DNA of 64,000 nt from an uncultured Lachnospiraceae bacterium (GTDB taxonomy: Bacteria; Bacillota; Clostridia; Lachnospirales; Lachnospiraceae), in NCBI GenBank assembly GCA_902802515.1, contig CADCMM010000007.1, positions 33,954 through 97,953 of the forward strand. Direction: 5' to 3'. Positions 43,332 to 53,007 of this stretch are shown here, one piece after another (positions within the stretch are counted from its first letter, which is position 1; every line of letters begins with the position of its first letter). Made by a program: the position numbers and the translations under genes. Under the pieces are notes generated by a model. The model made no database searches. It saw only the letters and a program-made list of their open reading frames with translations, and was not told where the DNA came from.

Positions 43332-44234
43332 CTATATCCCAAGAAACATCTTTTCCGGAACAAAAATTTTCTTTTCCTCGTTCCAGGCGTAGATTCCGCA
43401 AAAAATATCCTCCGTATCATAAACACGGATTCTGGAACCGATTTTCGTTGTTACCGTTTCTTTTATCTGCCTGCATCCCAGCGGATTCCCATTTTTCAAA
43501 AGCCGCTCATGCTCCGGAAGTATATGGATCCGCGCAAGCTGCGGGAACATAGAATCCACCGGATAAATGCGTTCCATAAGGGTTCCTTCCTCTCTCAGCT
43601 TTTCAATTTCAGAAAGCTTGAGACTGTCCGCAATCTCAAATTCTCCTACGCGGGTACGTTTTAAACTTTTCATACAACCACCGCAGCCAAGAGCTTCTCC
43701 TACGTCATGGCACAGAGTGCGAATATAGGTTCCCTTAGAGCAGCTTACCGAAAATACAATCTCCGGCAGTGAGATCTCTCTGATCTGAATGTCATAAATA
43801 GCGACGCGTTGGGGGGTGCGTTTCACCTCTACCCCTGCCCTGGCCAGCTCATAAAGCTTTTTCCCCTGAACTTTGCGTGCGGAATACATAGGCGGGATCT
43901 GGTCGTACTCTCCGATAAATGAACGCAATTTTTTTGCTGCATCATCCGCTGTGCAGGTGACAGAACTCTCCTTTTGCAGATTACCCGAGGTATCCTGAGT
44001 GTCTGTGGTCTTTCCCAAAAGCAGCACAGCTTCATACGTCTTACCGGTGTCTGTTAGCATATCACACAGTTTCGTTCCGCTCCCCAGACACACAGCCAGA
44101 ACACCTTCCGCCTGAGGATCCAGCGTACCAGTATGACCTATTTTTTTTTGCCTCAAGATGCCCCGCAGCTTTGCAACAACATCGTGGCTGGTATATCCCT
44201 TTTCTTTATAAACATTGATAACACCCGAAATCAC
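43332..44234 (-). CDS. truB: tRNA pseudouridine(55) synthase
   Basis: 300 aa with the KIGHTGTLDP catalytic Asp motif. Confidence 0.9.
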   Translation of the reverse strand: MISGVINVYKEKGYTSHDVVAKLRGILRQKKIGHTGTLDPQAEGVLAVCLGSGTKLCDMLTDTGKTYEAVLLLGKTTDTQDTSGNLQKESSVTCTADDAAKKLRSFIGEYDQIPPMYSARKVQGKKLYELARAGVEVKRTPQRVAIYDIQIREISLPEIVFSVSCSKGTYIRTLCHDVGEALGCGGCMKSLKRTRVGEFEIADSLKLSEIEKLREEGTLMERIYPVDSMFPQLARIHILPEHERLLKNGNPLGCRQIKETVTTKIGSRIRVYDTEDIFCGIYAWNEEKKIFVPEKMFLGI

Positions 44235-45214
44235 GCTTCCACCTGCTTTAACTGTTTATACATATGATCTACCAGATTGTTTACTACATCGTACACACTT
44301 CCCTGCATGGTGCAGCCAGCGGCTCTCACGTGACCGCCTCCGCCGAAATAACAGGCGATCTTGCTGACATCCACGGCTCCATTGGAACGCATACTTACCT
44401 TATACTCCTGGGGGCCAGTCTCATACAGGAAAATAGCAGCCTCCACGCCTTTTGTATTTCTCAGCTGCTGCACGATTCCGTCCAGATCTTTGTATGTCAC
44501 TCCGTAAAAGGCCAGATCTTTCTGCCGAAGCGCAGTAAAAACGATCTTGTTATCCAGCATCATAACGCTTTCCAGCAGAGCGCGTCCCAAAATCTGGTTT
44601 TGTACATAAGTTTTAGAATAATATGTATCATCCACAATTTTAGAAAAATCAATTCCCTTGTCCATCAACATTCCCGCGATCTTCATGGTATGACTGGATG
44701 TACAGGAATACTGAAAAACTCCTGTGTCGTGTATGATGCCCATATAAAGCGCCTCCGCAATCTCTTTGGTGATCTTATCCTCTTCCATAAGATTGCAGAC
44801 CAGCTCACTGGCAGAGCTTGCCTCCGGTTCAATGTAATTCAACTGGGCAAAGGAAAGGTTGCTGATATGGTGATCAATACAAACGGTTTTCGACGCAGAC
44901 CGAAAATATTTTGCCGCGTCTCCCAGTCTGGCTTCGTCTCCGCAATCCAGTGCAAAAAACACGTCATGTTCCACCTCCGAACTGCAGTCGCTTATCACTT
45001 CTTTGGCACCTCTCAGAAATTGAAAGGAATCTGAAAAGTCTTCCAGATAAACTTTCGTCTCAATCCCCGGATAGTTTTCTCTGATGTAGAGGGCAAGACC
45101 CAGACAGGAACCAACACAGTCCCCGTCCGGATGCACATGTCCGGCAATTCCTACCGTACCCGCTCCTTTAAGCACCTCACTAAGCAGAAACATCATCATC
45201 ATCCCTTTCTTCAT
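44231..45214 (-). CDS. nrnA: DHH/DHHA1 phosphoesterase (NrnA-like oligoribonuclease/pAp phosphatase)
   Basis: 327 aa with HVHPDGDCVGS, DHH and GGGGHVRAAG motifs. The exact start among several Met codons is uncertain. Confidence 0.8.
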   Translation of the reverse strand: MKKGMMMMFLLSEVLKGAGTVGIAGHVHPDGDCVGSCLGLALYIRENYPGIETKVYLEDFSDSFQFLRGAKEVISDCSSEVEHDVFFALDCGDEARLGDAAKYFRSASKTVCIDHHISNLSFAQLNYIEPEASSASELVCNLMEEDKITKEIAEALYMGIIHDTGVFQYSCTSSHTMKIAGMLMDKGIDFSKIVDDTYYSKTYVQNQILGRALLESVMMLDNKIVFTALRQKDLAFYGVTYKDLDGIVQQLRNTKGVEAAIFLYETGPQEYKVSMRSNGAVDVSKIACYFGGGGHVRAAGCTMQGSVYDVVNNLVDHMYKQLKQVEA

Positions 45215-45569
45215 GGATGGTTTTTGTTACATCATCAATCAGTTTCGACATACTGATACCATATGCGATAGACTGGTCCAATATGAATCGGATTTCCGGC
45301 GTATTGCGCAAATTTACTGTCTGAGCCAGTTTTCTGCGAATATATCCCTCCGCGCTTTTCAGCCCGGCCAGAGTAGCTTTCTGGGTCTCTTCATCCCCAA
45401 GCACACTAATATATGCCTTGCAGGTCTTCAGATCCGGCGCTACTTCCACTGCTGTCACGGACGTCATGGGATGAATGCGCGGATCCTTGATCTCATTATG
45501 GATGATCACAGAGAGTTCTTTCATTACTTCGCCGTTGATCCTGGTGTTCTTAATGCTGTTTTTTCTCAT
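45180..45569 (-). CDS. rbfA: Ribosome-binding factor A
   Basis: 129 aa with an RbfA-type pattern (IKDPRI...VTAVEVAPDLKTCKAYISVLG). Confidence 0.9.
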   Translation of the reverse strand: MRKNSIKNTRINGEVMKELSVIIHNEIKDPRIHPMTSVTAVEVAPDLKTCKAYISVLGDEETQKATLAGLKSAEGYIRRKLAQTVNLRNTPEIRFILDQSIAYGISMSKLIDDVTKTIHEERDDDDVSA

Positions 45570-45602
45570 TAACTTTACCTCTATTCCGGAAGAATATCCA
45601 GA

Positions 45603-48587
45603 TTACCTGGGCACCTCTACCATAATATATGCTTCCACCTGGTCTTCTTCCTTGATATCGTTAAACTTCTCAAAGACAAGGCCACATTCATAGCCGGCTC
45701 TTACTTCTTTTACATCATCCTTGAAACGCTTCAGAGACGCCAGGGCACCGTCAAAAATCTGCACTCCCTCACGGGTAATACGCGCAGAGCATCCTCTCTG
45801 GAAAACACCGTCCAGGATATAAGCGCCTGCAATCGTACCTACGCCGGACGCCTTAAATGTCTGGCGAACCTCCGCGTGACCGATGACTTTCTCCTCAAAG
45901 ATCGGATCCAGCATTCCCTTCATGGCCGCTTCCACATCTGCAATTGCGTCATAGATCACCCGGTACAGTCTGACATCTACACCCTCGCGTTCTGCAGTGG
46001 TCTTCGCCATCACATCCGGTCTCACATTGAAGCCGATAATGATCGCGTTGGAAGCCGATGCCAGTATCACATCCGACTCATTGATGGCGCCTACGCCGCC
46101 ATGAATAATCTTAACTACAACTTCATCGTTGGAAAGTTTCAGCAGACTCTGCTTCACTGCCTCCACAGAACCCTGTACATCCGCTTTCACGATCAGGTTC
46201 AGTTCTTTCAGGTTCCCCGCCTGAATCTGGGAAAACAGATCATCCAGGGACATCTTTGCTTTCGTATCTTCCAGAAGTTTCTCCCGGCCTTCACTAATAA
46301 AGGTCTCAGCAAAACTTCTTGCCTCTTTTTCTGTCTCCGGAGACACAAATATCTCACCTGCTCCCGGCACATCGGAGAAACCGAGGATCTCCACAGGAGT
46401 GGATGGGCCTGCCTCTTTTACTTTTCGGCCTTTATCATCCATCATGGCACGGACTTTGCCGTAACAGGAGCCGGCGCAGATGGGATCACCCACATGCAGT
46501 GTACCTTTCTGTACCAGAACCGTGGCCACCGGACCTCTTCCCTTATCCAGCTGGGCTTCGATCACCAGACCTCTCGCTCTCCGCTTCGGATTTGCCTTCA
46601 GCTCCAACACCTCAGCAGTCAGCAGTATCATCTCCAGCAAGTTATCAATTCCTTCATGCGTATGTGCGGATACGGGAACAAAGATCGTGCTGCCGCCCCA
46701 ATCCTCCGGAATTAGTTCATACTCCGTTAATTCCTGTTTCACGCGTTCTACATTGGCGCTTGGCTTATCTATCTTATTGATGGCTACAATAATCTCAATA
46801 CCCGCCGCTTTCGCATGATTGATAGCCTCTACCGTCTGAGGCATCACACCGTCATCCGCCGCTACCACAAGAATTGCGATATCCGTGGAATTCGCACCGC
46901 GCATACGCATGGCTGTGAACGCCTCATGACCCGGGGTGTCCAGGAATGTGATCTTCTGCCCGTTACAGCTTACCACAGACGCACCGATATGCTGTGTAAT
47001 GCCACCAGCCTCCCGGTCGATCACATGGGTATTTCGGATTGCATCCAGAAGCGATGTCTTACCGTGGTCAACATGACCCATCACACAGACTACCGGCGAA
47101 CGCGGAACGAGAGTTTCCGCAGCGTCATCTTCTTCTTTCAGAAGTTCCTCGATGACATCCACTTTCACTTCCTTTTCACAGATTATGTCATAATCCAGAG
47201 CGATTTCTTCCGCCGTATCAAAATCAATTTCCTGATTCACTGTCACCATGGTTCCCTGCAGGAACAATTTCTTTACTATGGCTGCAGGCTGGATCTTCAT
47301 CTTGTCAGCCAGTTCCTTGATGGTCAGTACTTCCGGAAGCGTAATCACCTTGATCTTTTCTTCTTCTTTCACCACAGGTTTCGGAACAGGTTTCACTGCT
47401 TTACTCTGTGTCTTACCCCTACTGTTATTTTTCTGGTTCTGATGGCTGTTTCGCTCCATCCGATCCAGTTTATCGCCTCTTTCCGCTTTCTCGGGGCGGC
47501 GGTCATTTCTGGCGCCCCGCTCATTTTTTACTCTTCCTTCTTTTTCCAGCGGTTTCGCCTCCACCGGACCCTTGGGAATACCAGGCAGTCTTCCGCTGCT
47601 CTGGCCTCTTCCTCCAAAACCGCGGTCATTTTGTTTCCAGTCTCTGTCACTGCTCTGCCCGCGATCATTTCTCTGACCCTGATAGCCGTTGGCATTTCCT
47701 CTTCCGCTTTGCGCTCTTCCATCACGATTTCCGTAGGATCTGGAAGCATTGCTGTTTTGGTTCCGCCCGTCCTGATAACGATCGGACTGTCCCCGTCCTT
47801 CTCTGCTGCCGGACTGCGCCTGATTTCGGTTTCCGAAATTTGTCCGGTTCTGGCCTCCCTGCGTGTTCTGGGGGCGGGATGCCGCCTGTCCTGTACGCTC
47901 CTGACTTTGCGGTCTGGCTGCGGGTGTCTGGGGTTTTTCAGTTACCGGTGCTGTTTCCGGTTTTTTGGGCTGCTGCACTTCGCTGCGTGCCGTTTCTTTC
48001 ACCATTTCAGCTGCTTTTGGCTGCGGCTTTGCTGCGGGCGTCTCTGCCACTGGAGCGATTGTCTGCTGCTGCGGTTTTACCTCTTTGGGTAACTCTGTCT
48101 CTTTCGTTTCCATAGCTTTGGTTTCCGGTTTTGGTAAAGGTCTGATCCCTGACACAGCAGGTCTTGGCTGACCTGGCTGGGGGCGTCCTGCCGGTCTGGT
48201 TCCCTGAGGGCGGTTCACCCCGCCCTGTCCCGGTGCGCTCCGGTGCTGACCGGGTCTCTGTCCGGGACGCACCATTCCCGTCTTACTGTTCTGTGGCCGA
48301 AATACCTGAATTATATTTTTCTTCTTTGGTTTTGCCTCAGGAGCAGCCTGACTTTCAGCTGACATTTCTACAGGTTTCTCTACTTGTTTTTCATTATTCA
48401 TATCCGGTTCTTTTGTCATAATTTTCTTCGTATATTTCCTTCTGATTTTTTCACAATACTCATCTTCTACGGTACTCATGTGGCTTTGCACACTCACTCC
48501 CATTTCCGACAGGCTCTCCATAATATCTTTATTTTCCTTGCCTAACTCTTTTGCCAATTCATATACTCTCAATTTTCCCATACTCAA
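45603..48587 (-). CDS. infB: Translation initiation factor IF-2 (long N-terminal low-complexity region)
   Basis: 994 aa. The GTPase motif is [12 protein letters not shown] and the C-terminal domains are conserved. Confidence 0.95.
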   Translation of the reverse strand: MSMGKLRVYELAKELGKENKDIMESLSEMGVSVQSHMSTVEDEYCEKIRRKYTKKIMTKEPDMNNEKQVEKPVEMSAESQAAPEAKPKKKNIIQVFRPQNSKTGMVRPGQRPGQHRSAPGQGGVNRPQGTRPAGRPQPGQPRPAVSGIRPLPKPETKAMETKETELPKEVKPQQQTIAPVAETPAAKPQPKAAEMVKETARSEVQQPKKPETAPVTEKPQTPAARPQSQERTGQAASRPQNTQGGQNRTNFGNRNQAQSGSREGRGQSDRYQDGRNQNSNASRSYGNRDGRAQSGRGNANGYQGQRNDRGQSSDRDWKQNDRGFGGRGQSSGRLPGIPKGPVEAKPLEKEGRVKNERGARNDRRPEKAERGDKLDRMERNSHQNQKNNSRGKTQSKAVKPVPKPVVKEEEKIKVITLPEVLTIKELADKMKIQPAAIVKKLFLQGTMVTVNQEIDFDTAEEIALDYDIICEKEVKVDVIEELLKEEDDAAETLVPRSPVVCVMGHVDHGKTSLLDAIRNTHVIDREAGGITQHIGASVVSCNGQKITFLDTPGHEAFTAMRMRGANSTDIAILVVAADDGVMPQTVEAINHAKAAGIEIIVAINKIDKPSANVERVKQELTEYELIPEDWGGSTIFVPVSAHTHEGIDNLLEMILLTAEVLELKANPKRRARGLVIEAQLDKGRGPVATVLVQKGTLHVGDPICAGSCYGKVRAMMDDKGRKVKEAGPSTPVEILGFSDVPGAGEIFVSPETEKEARSFAETFISEGREKLLEDTKAKMSLDDLFSQIQAGNLKELNLIVKADVQGSVEAVKQSLLKLSNDEVVVKIIHGGVGAINESDVILASASNAIIIGFNVRPDVMAKTTAEREGVDVRLYRVIYDAIADVEAAMKGMLDPIFEEKVIGHAEVRQTFKASGVGTIAGAYILDGVFQRGCSARITREGVQIFDGALASLKRFKDDVKEVRAGYECGLVFEKFNDIKEEDQVEAYIMVEVPR

Positions 48588-48916
48588 GCCCTCCGCTCAT
48601 CCACATTTCCCAGTTCTCTCTGTATCGCTTCGGAAAATCCCGGATCAGTCACAGCGATCGATGCCCGCAATTCCTGTCCGATGCACCTTCCCAGTTCTTC
48701 TTTCCCGCCGTACAGGAATATCGGTACATGGTACCAGGAACACATATCTTGGAATTTTTTCCGGGTGTTCCATGACGCTTCCTCCGAGACGATCACCATG
48801 CAGGCTTTTTGGGATTTAACAGCTGCTTCTGTGGAAAATTCTCCGCTGGCTACTTTTCCTGCCTTTTTTGCCAGGCCAAGCAGAGATAACACTTTATTTC
48901 CCTTCAATCGCATCAA
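48584..48916 (-). CDS. ylxQ: L7Ae-family RNA-binding protein YlxQ
   Basis: 110 aa with [14 protein letters not shown]. It sits in the nusA-infB operon position. Confidence 0.85.
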   Translation of the reverse strand: MMRLKGNKVLSLLGLAKKAGKVASGEFSTEAAVKSQKACMVIVSEEASWNTRKKFQDMCSWYHVPIFLYGGKEELGRCIGQELRASIAVTDPGFSEAIQRELGNVDERRA

Positions 48917-49172
48917 TCTCCTTTTTTAATTCTTCATAGGTTTCCGATGTGACCGCCATTTTCAACGCGCGCTCCAATCCTCTGGATTTAACCGCTTTCT
49001 CGAAACATTCCCTGGAATAACAAAGATATGCGCCCCGACCATTTTTTCTTCCTGTTGTATCCAAAACAATCTCCCCGCTTTCCGTTCGCAGGATGCGCAG
49101 CATCTCTTTTTTACCCTTCATTTCCTGACAGCCCACACATTTTCTCTGTGGAATCTTTTTCGTCTGTCCCAT
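48894..49172 (-). CDS. ylxR: YlxR/RnpM (DUF448) RNA-binding protein
   Basis: 92 aa with the RKCVGCQEMKGKKEMLRI motif. Confidence 0.85.
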   Translation of the reverse strand: MGQTKKIPQRKCVGCQEMKGKKEMLRILRTESGEIVLDTTGRKNGRGAYLCYSRECFEKAVKSRGLERALKMAVTSETYEELKKEIDAIEGK

Positions 49173-49174
49173 AG

Positions 49175-50404
49175 TTATTCCTGATCATCCTCCGATCCGG
49201 CATACTCTGGGGCGTCTTCGTAATCGGCCTGATACTCGCCGGCTGCGTCCTCCGGGTATTCATAACTGCCGTCCTCGTCATACCCGCTATAATCATCGTA
49301 CTCATCTTCGTAATACGCGTCATCGTCATAGTAATCGCTCTCATATTCCAGAAGATCACCGGACTCTCTTGCCTGAGTCTCACTCTTGATGTCTATTTTA
49401 AATCCGGTCAATCTGGCCGCCAATCTGGCATTCTGGCCTTCCTTACCAATAGCCAGCGACAACTGATAGTCAGGAACGACTACTTTTGCAGTTTTCTCAT
49501 CATCATCCGCCATCACGTAAATTACTTTTGCGGGGCTTAAGGCGTTCTCGATCAGCAGTGCAGGATTGTCATCCCAGTTAATGATATCAATTTTTTCTCC
49601 TCCAAGTTCTTCCACCACTGAGTTTACCCTGGCGCCGTTCATTCCAACGCATGCGCCCACCGGATCTACATCAGGATTGTTGGAAGATACTGCCATTTTA
49701 CTTCTGCTCCCGGCTTCTCTCGCAATGCTGCGGATCTCTACGGTGCCGTCCCTGACCTCAGTCACCTCATTTTCGAAGAGCCGTTTCACCAACTCCGGAT
49801 GCGTCCGGGAAACCAGGATACGAGGTCCCTTGGGTGTATCCTTTACCTCCATCACATATATTTTGATTCTCTGGGTGGGATAGAAACTCTCCCCCTTGAT
49901 CATCTCATTTTCATTCAGCATGGCATCCACTTTGCCCAGGTTTACACTGACATTTTTGCCAACATAACGCTGTACGATACCGGTAACCACATCTTTTTCT
50001 TTTTCATAATACTGGTTGTACAGAGATTTGCGCTCTTCCTCACGGATTTTCTGCAGGATCACATTCTTCGCGTTCTGAGTAGCGATTCGTCCGAATTCCT
50101 TAGACTTGATATCCACACGTACCACGTCGCCAAGTTCATACTTGTCATCCTTCATCTTTGCGTTGGTAAGACTGATCTGGGTCAGTTCATCCTCCACCTG
50201 CTCCACCACAGTCTTTTCCGCATACACCTCAAATTCGCAGGTATTTGGGTCAATGTTTACTACCACATTGCTCACTTCGTTTTTTCCATAGTGGTTTTTG
50301 CATGCCTGCAAAAGAGACTGCCGAATGGCTTCCAGCAGTGTCTCCTTGCTGATATTCTTCTCTTTTTCCAGAATATTCAATGCCTCAAACAGTTCGTTAT
50401 TCAT
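49175..50404 (-). CDS. nusA: Transcription termination/antitermination factor NusA with a Tyr/Asp/Glu-rich tail
   Basis: 409 aa with S1 and two KH domains, followed by a ~60-aa acidic tail. Confidence 0.95.
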   Translation of the reverse strand: MNNELFEALNILEKEKNISKETLLEAIRQSLLQACKNHYGKNEVSNVVVNIDPNTCEFEVYAEKTVVEQVEDELTQISLTNAKMKDDKYELGDVVRVDIKSKEFGRIATQNAKNVILQKIREEERKSLYNQYYEKEKDVVTGIVQRYVGKNVSVNLGKVDAMLNENEMIKGESFYPTQRIKIYVMEVKDTPKGPRILVSRTHPELVKRLFENEVTEVRDGTVEIRSIAREAGSRSKMAVSSNNPDVDPVGACVGMNGARVNSVVEELGGEKIDIINWDDNPALLIENALSPAKVIYVMADDDEKTAKVVVPDYQLSLAIGKEGQNARLAARLTGFKIDIKSETQARESGDLLEYESDYYDDDAYYEDEYDDYSGYDEDGSYEYPEDAAGEYQADYEDAPEYAGSEDDQE

Positions 50405-50416
50405 TTTTCCTCCTCC

Positions 50417-50884
50417 TTAAAAATCGAACGCAAGACGCACAAGCGCGATATTATCTCTCGCAAAGTCCATAACTACATTATCTTCCAGTTCAATCACTAA
50501 TTTATCTTTATCAAAATCCCGTAAGATTCCGGTAAATTCTTTTTCATGTTCCACCGCGCGGAAGGTACGTATTTCTACCTCTTCACCAATGCTCCTGGCA
50601 AAATCCTTGTCTTTCTTCAGGGGCCTTCCAAGCCCCGGAGAACTAACCTCCAAAATATAAGCATCATCGATAAAGTCTTGCTCATCCAGCAGATCGCTAA
50701 GTCTGCGGCTGACCACCTCACAGTCATCCACGGTAATACCGCCCGGCTTATCAATGTATGCCCGCAAATACCAGTTGCTTCCTTCCTTTACATACTCCAC
50801 ATCAACCAGTTCAAACCGATGCTCCTCTATGATGGGCGATATCAGTTCCTCGGTTTTCTGTTCATAAATCTCCCGTTTACTCAT
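50417..50884 (-). CDS. rimP: Ribosome maturation factor RimP
   Basis: The ATG at 50884 follows AGGAGG by 7 nt. The track start is a TTG two codons upstream. Confidence 0.9.
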   Translation of the reverse strand: MSKREIYEQKTEELISPIIEEHRFELVDVEYVKEGSNWYLRAYIDKPGGITVDDCEVVSRRLSDLLDEQDFIDDAYILEVSSPGLGRPLKKDKDFARSIGEEVEIRTFRAVEHEKEFTGILRDFDKDKLVIELEDNVVMDFARDNIALVRLAFDF

Positions 50885-50927
50885 GCACAATCCTCCTGTT
50901 AGCTGCCGCGCCCCTTACAGCATGAAA

Positions 50928-50953
50928 GAAGAACGGGTAAATACCCGTTCTTC
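50928..50953 (-). terminator. Hairpin serving as the aroK-operon terminator and/or rimP-nusA leader attenuator
   Basis: The hairpin is GAAGAACGGGT-attt-ACCCGTTCTTC followed by TTTC. It lies 44 nt upstream of the rimP ATG. Confidence 0.5.
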
Positions 50954-51027
50954 CGTCAGTACAATATTCAAGCATAATCAGTGTAACACCATATTTTGTA
51001 AAATGCAAGTATTATTTTTCATGTACT

Positions 51028-51552
51028 TCATCCGCAATTTACTATATTCGTGGTTTTTTCCATAATCTCCTGTAAAATCTGGCTAAATTCCCGATCATCC
51101 GTGGTCACCCGAAGATCCGCTGTCTGCTCATAGATTTCTTTTCGCTGCTCCATCAATGTTTCGATCTTTTCTCTCAGATCGCCTCCCTGCAGTTTGGGAC
51201 GCTTCGTATCGTACTTCAGCCTCCCCAGCAGTGTTTCTATATCCGCCTCCAGATATACCACCGTGCCAAGTTGCCTCAACACAGGCCAGTTCTGCGGCTG
51301 GACCGGAAGCCCGCCCCCAACGGAGATCACGCACCGTTCTTTCGAATCCAGCAGCCGGTGAAGCGCATCTGTCTCCAAAGTACGAAAATATGCTTCGCCA
51401 TCCTCTGCAAAGATGTCTGAAATACTTCTGCCCTCCTGTGCTTCGATCCAATCGTCCGTATCCACAAAGGGAAGCTGCATCTGTCTTGCAAGACGTTTTC
51501 CCACGGCTGTTTTTCCTGCTCCCATAAACCCAATCAGGATAATGTGATCCAT
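51028..51552 (-). CDS. aroK: Shikimate kinase
   Basis: 174 aa with the P-loop GFMGAGKTAVGK. Confidence 0.9.
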   Translation of the reverse strand: MDHIILIGFMGAGKTAVGKRLARQMQLPFVDTDDWIEAQEGRSISDIFAEDGEAYFRTLETDALHRLLDSKERCVISVGGGLPVQPQNWPVLRQLGTVVYLEADIETLLGRLKYDTKRPKLQGGDLREKIETLMEQRKEIYEQTADLRVTTDDREFSQILQEIMEKTTNIVNCG

Positions 51553-52049
51553 CGTTTATTTCTCCTTTTGTAAAAAAATAGTACGATTTTTTCCAGATAT
51601 CGTTTCAGGACGATCTGTATCTCTTCCTTCGGATGAATCGGCTTTACCAGTATCGTGCGGATGCCTGCCCGCTTCGCCCCATAAATATCTGTAAAAATCT
51701 GATCCCCGATAAAAATCGTATTTTTCACGTTTGTCTCCATGATCTCCATAGCTTTTCGATAGTTTTTCACTGACGGCTTGTGGGCGTTCTCAATGAAATG
51801 CACCTGCACATCTTTATTAAACAATTCCACCCTGGGAAGCTGATTATTAGACAGAAGGCAGCACTGAAAGCCCAAACATTTGAGGCCGGAAAACAGTGCT
51901 ATGGCCCTCTCATCCGCCGGTGCCCCGTGAGGCACCAGCGTATTGTCTATATCAAAGATCAGTCCCCGGTAGCCCTCCTCAAATAGCTGCTTAAAATCAA
52001 TGCTGTAAGTCGAATCCAGATATTCATCCGGATAGAATCGTTTCAACAT
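51534..52049 (-). CDS. yqeG: YqeG-family HAD-IIIA phosphatase
   Basis: 171 aa with FDIDNTL and GDQIFTDI motifs. Confidence 0.8.
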   Translation of the reverse strand: MLKRFYPDEYLDSTYSIDFKQLFEEGYRGLIFDIDNTLVPHGAPADERAIALFSGLKCLGFQCCLLSNNQLPRVELFNKDVQVHFIENAHKPSVKNYRKAMEIMETNVKNTIFIGDQIFTDIYGAKRAGIRTILVKPIHPKEEIQIVLKRYLEKIVLFFYKRRNKRWITLS

Positions 52050-52082
52050 ATGTGTGCTCCCGTTTCCTTCTTTAGATTAATC

Positions 52083-52934
52083 CTATACGCTGAGATAATT
52101 CATCATCTCATCATATCGCTTTTCCATCATCTGGTATCCGTGTTGATAAAAGGCTTCTAACTTATCCATGTGTTTTTCCAGTCTGCCCACCGGAGGAACT
52201 TCCGGCCGGATGACAAACAGTTTTCCGGCAGCTTCCCACTTTTCAATGGCTTCGAGACATTTATTGTAGCGAAATGGCCGCAGACAGATAGTACGCACAA
52301 GCTCCGGATATTGACGGAATTTGGCCCGGATCAGAGCTATGTTTTTTCTGGACACCGTCTTGCGGTAACCCTTCTTCTGTGTCAGCACAATGATATTTTT
52401 CTCGTAGCCCAGTTTCCTGGCATGAATCACAGGTATAGAATCCGCCAGACCGCCGTCAAGATAAGGGATCCCGTCCAGATCCACCATGGTAGCCAGCACC
52501 GGGATACTGCTTGATGCACGACAAATTTTCATCAAGCGCTCCCGATTGGACGCTTCGCTTTTAAATTCCGCCTTGCCGGTTATACAGTTGGTGACGGTCA
52601 GCTCGCATTTGGTTTCGGATTGAAAGTAGCTTTCATAGTCGAACGGATAGTCTCTGTTCGGAAACGTGTCAAACAACGACCGAAAATCCATCACCGAGTG
52701 TTCCTGACGAAAAGAATCAAACTGTTCCCGTTTGCTCTCCTGATTCCAGGCAATGATACATTGTCTGGAGCGATCCGGCTGATGGGAAACATAATCCACC
52801 GCATTGCAGGCTCCCGCCGAAACCCCCACTACATAATCCGTGTAAAACTCTTTTTCCATTAAATAATCCAGCACGCCGGAAGTGAAAATGCCTCGGTTGG
52901 CGCCTCCCTCCAGGATCAGAGCATTCTTTTTCAT
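52083..52934 (-). CDS. Patatin-like phospholipase
   Basis: 283 aa with EGGANRG and GVSAGA (GxSxG) motifs. Confidence 0.8.
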   Translation of the reverse strand: MKKNALILEGGANRGIFTSGVLDYLMEKEFYTDYVVGVSAGACNAVDYVSHQPDRSRQCIIAWNQESKREQFDSFRQEHSVMDFRSLFDTFPNRDYPFDYESYFQSETKCELTVTNCITGKAEFKSEASNRERLMKICRASSSIPVLATMVDLDGIPYLDGGLADSIPVIHARKLGYEKNIIVLTQKKGYRKTVSRKNIALIRAKFRQYPELVRTICLRPFRYNKCLEAIEKWEAAGKLFVIRPEVPPVGRLEKHMDKLEAFYQHGYQMMEKRYDEMMNYLSV

Positions 52935-53007
52935 AATAGTCCTCCTGATATTTCACTTATAATATAGCCGCACCCTTCAATAGCATAGCCATCTTAACGC
53001 ATTGCCA

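Noticed and set aside
46815-48115. ORFs of 425 aa and 235 aa on the plus strand opposite infB.
   Set aside because: They are antisense to the low-complexity N-terminal region of IF-2. Their repetitive composition mirrors that region, so they are frame artefacts.
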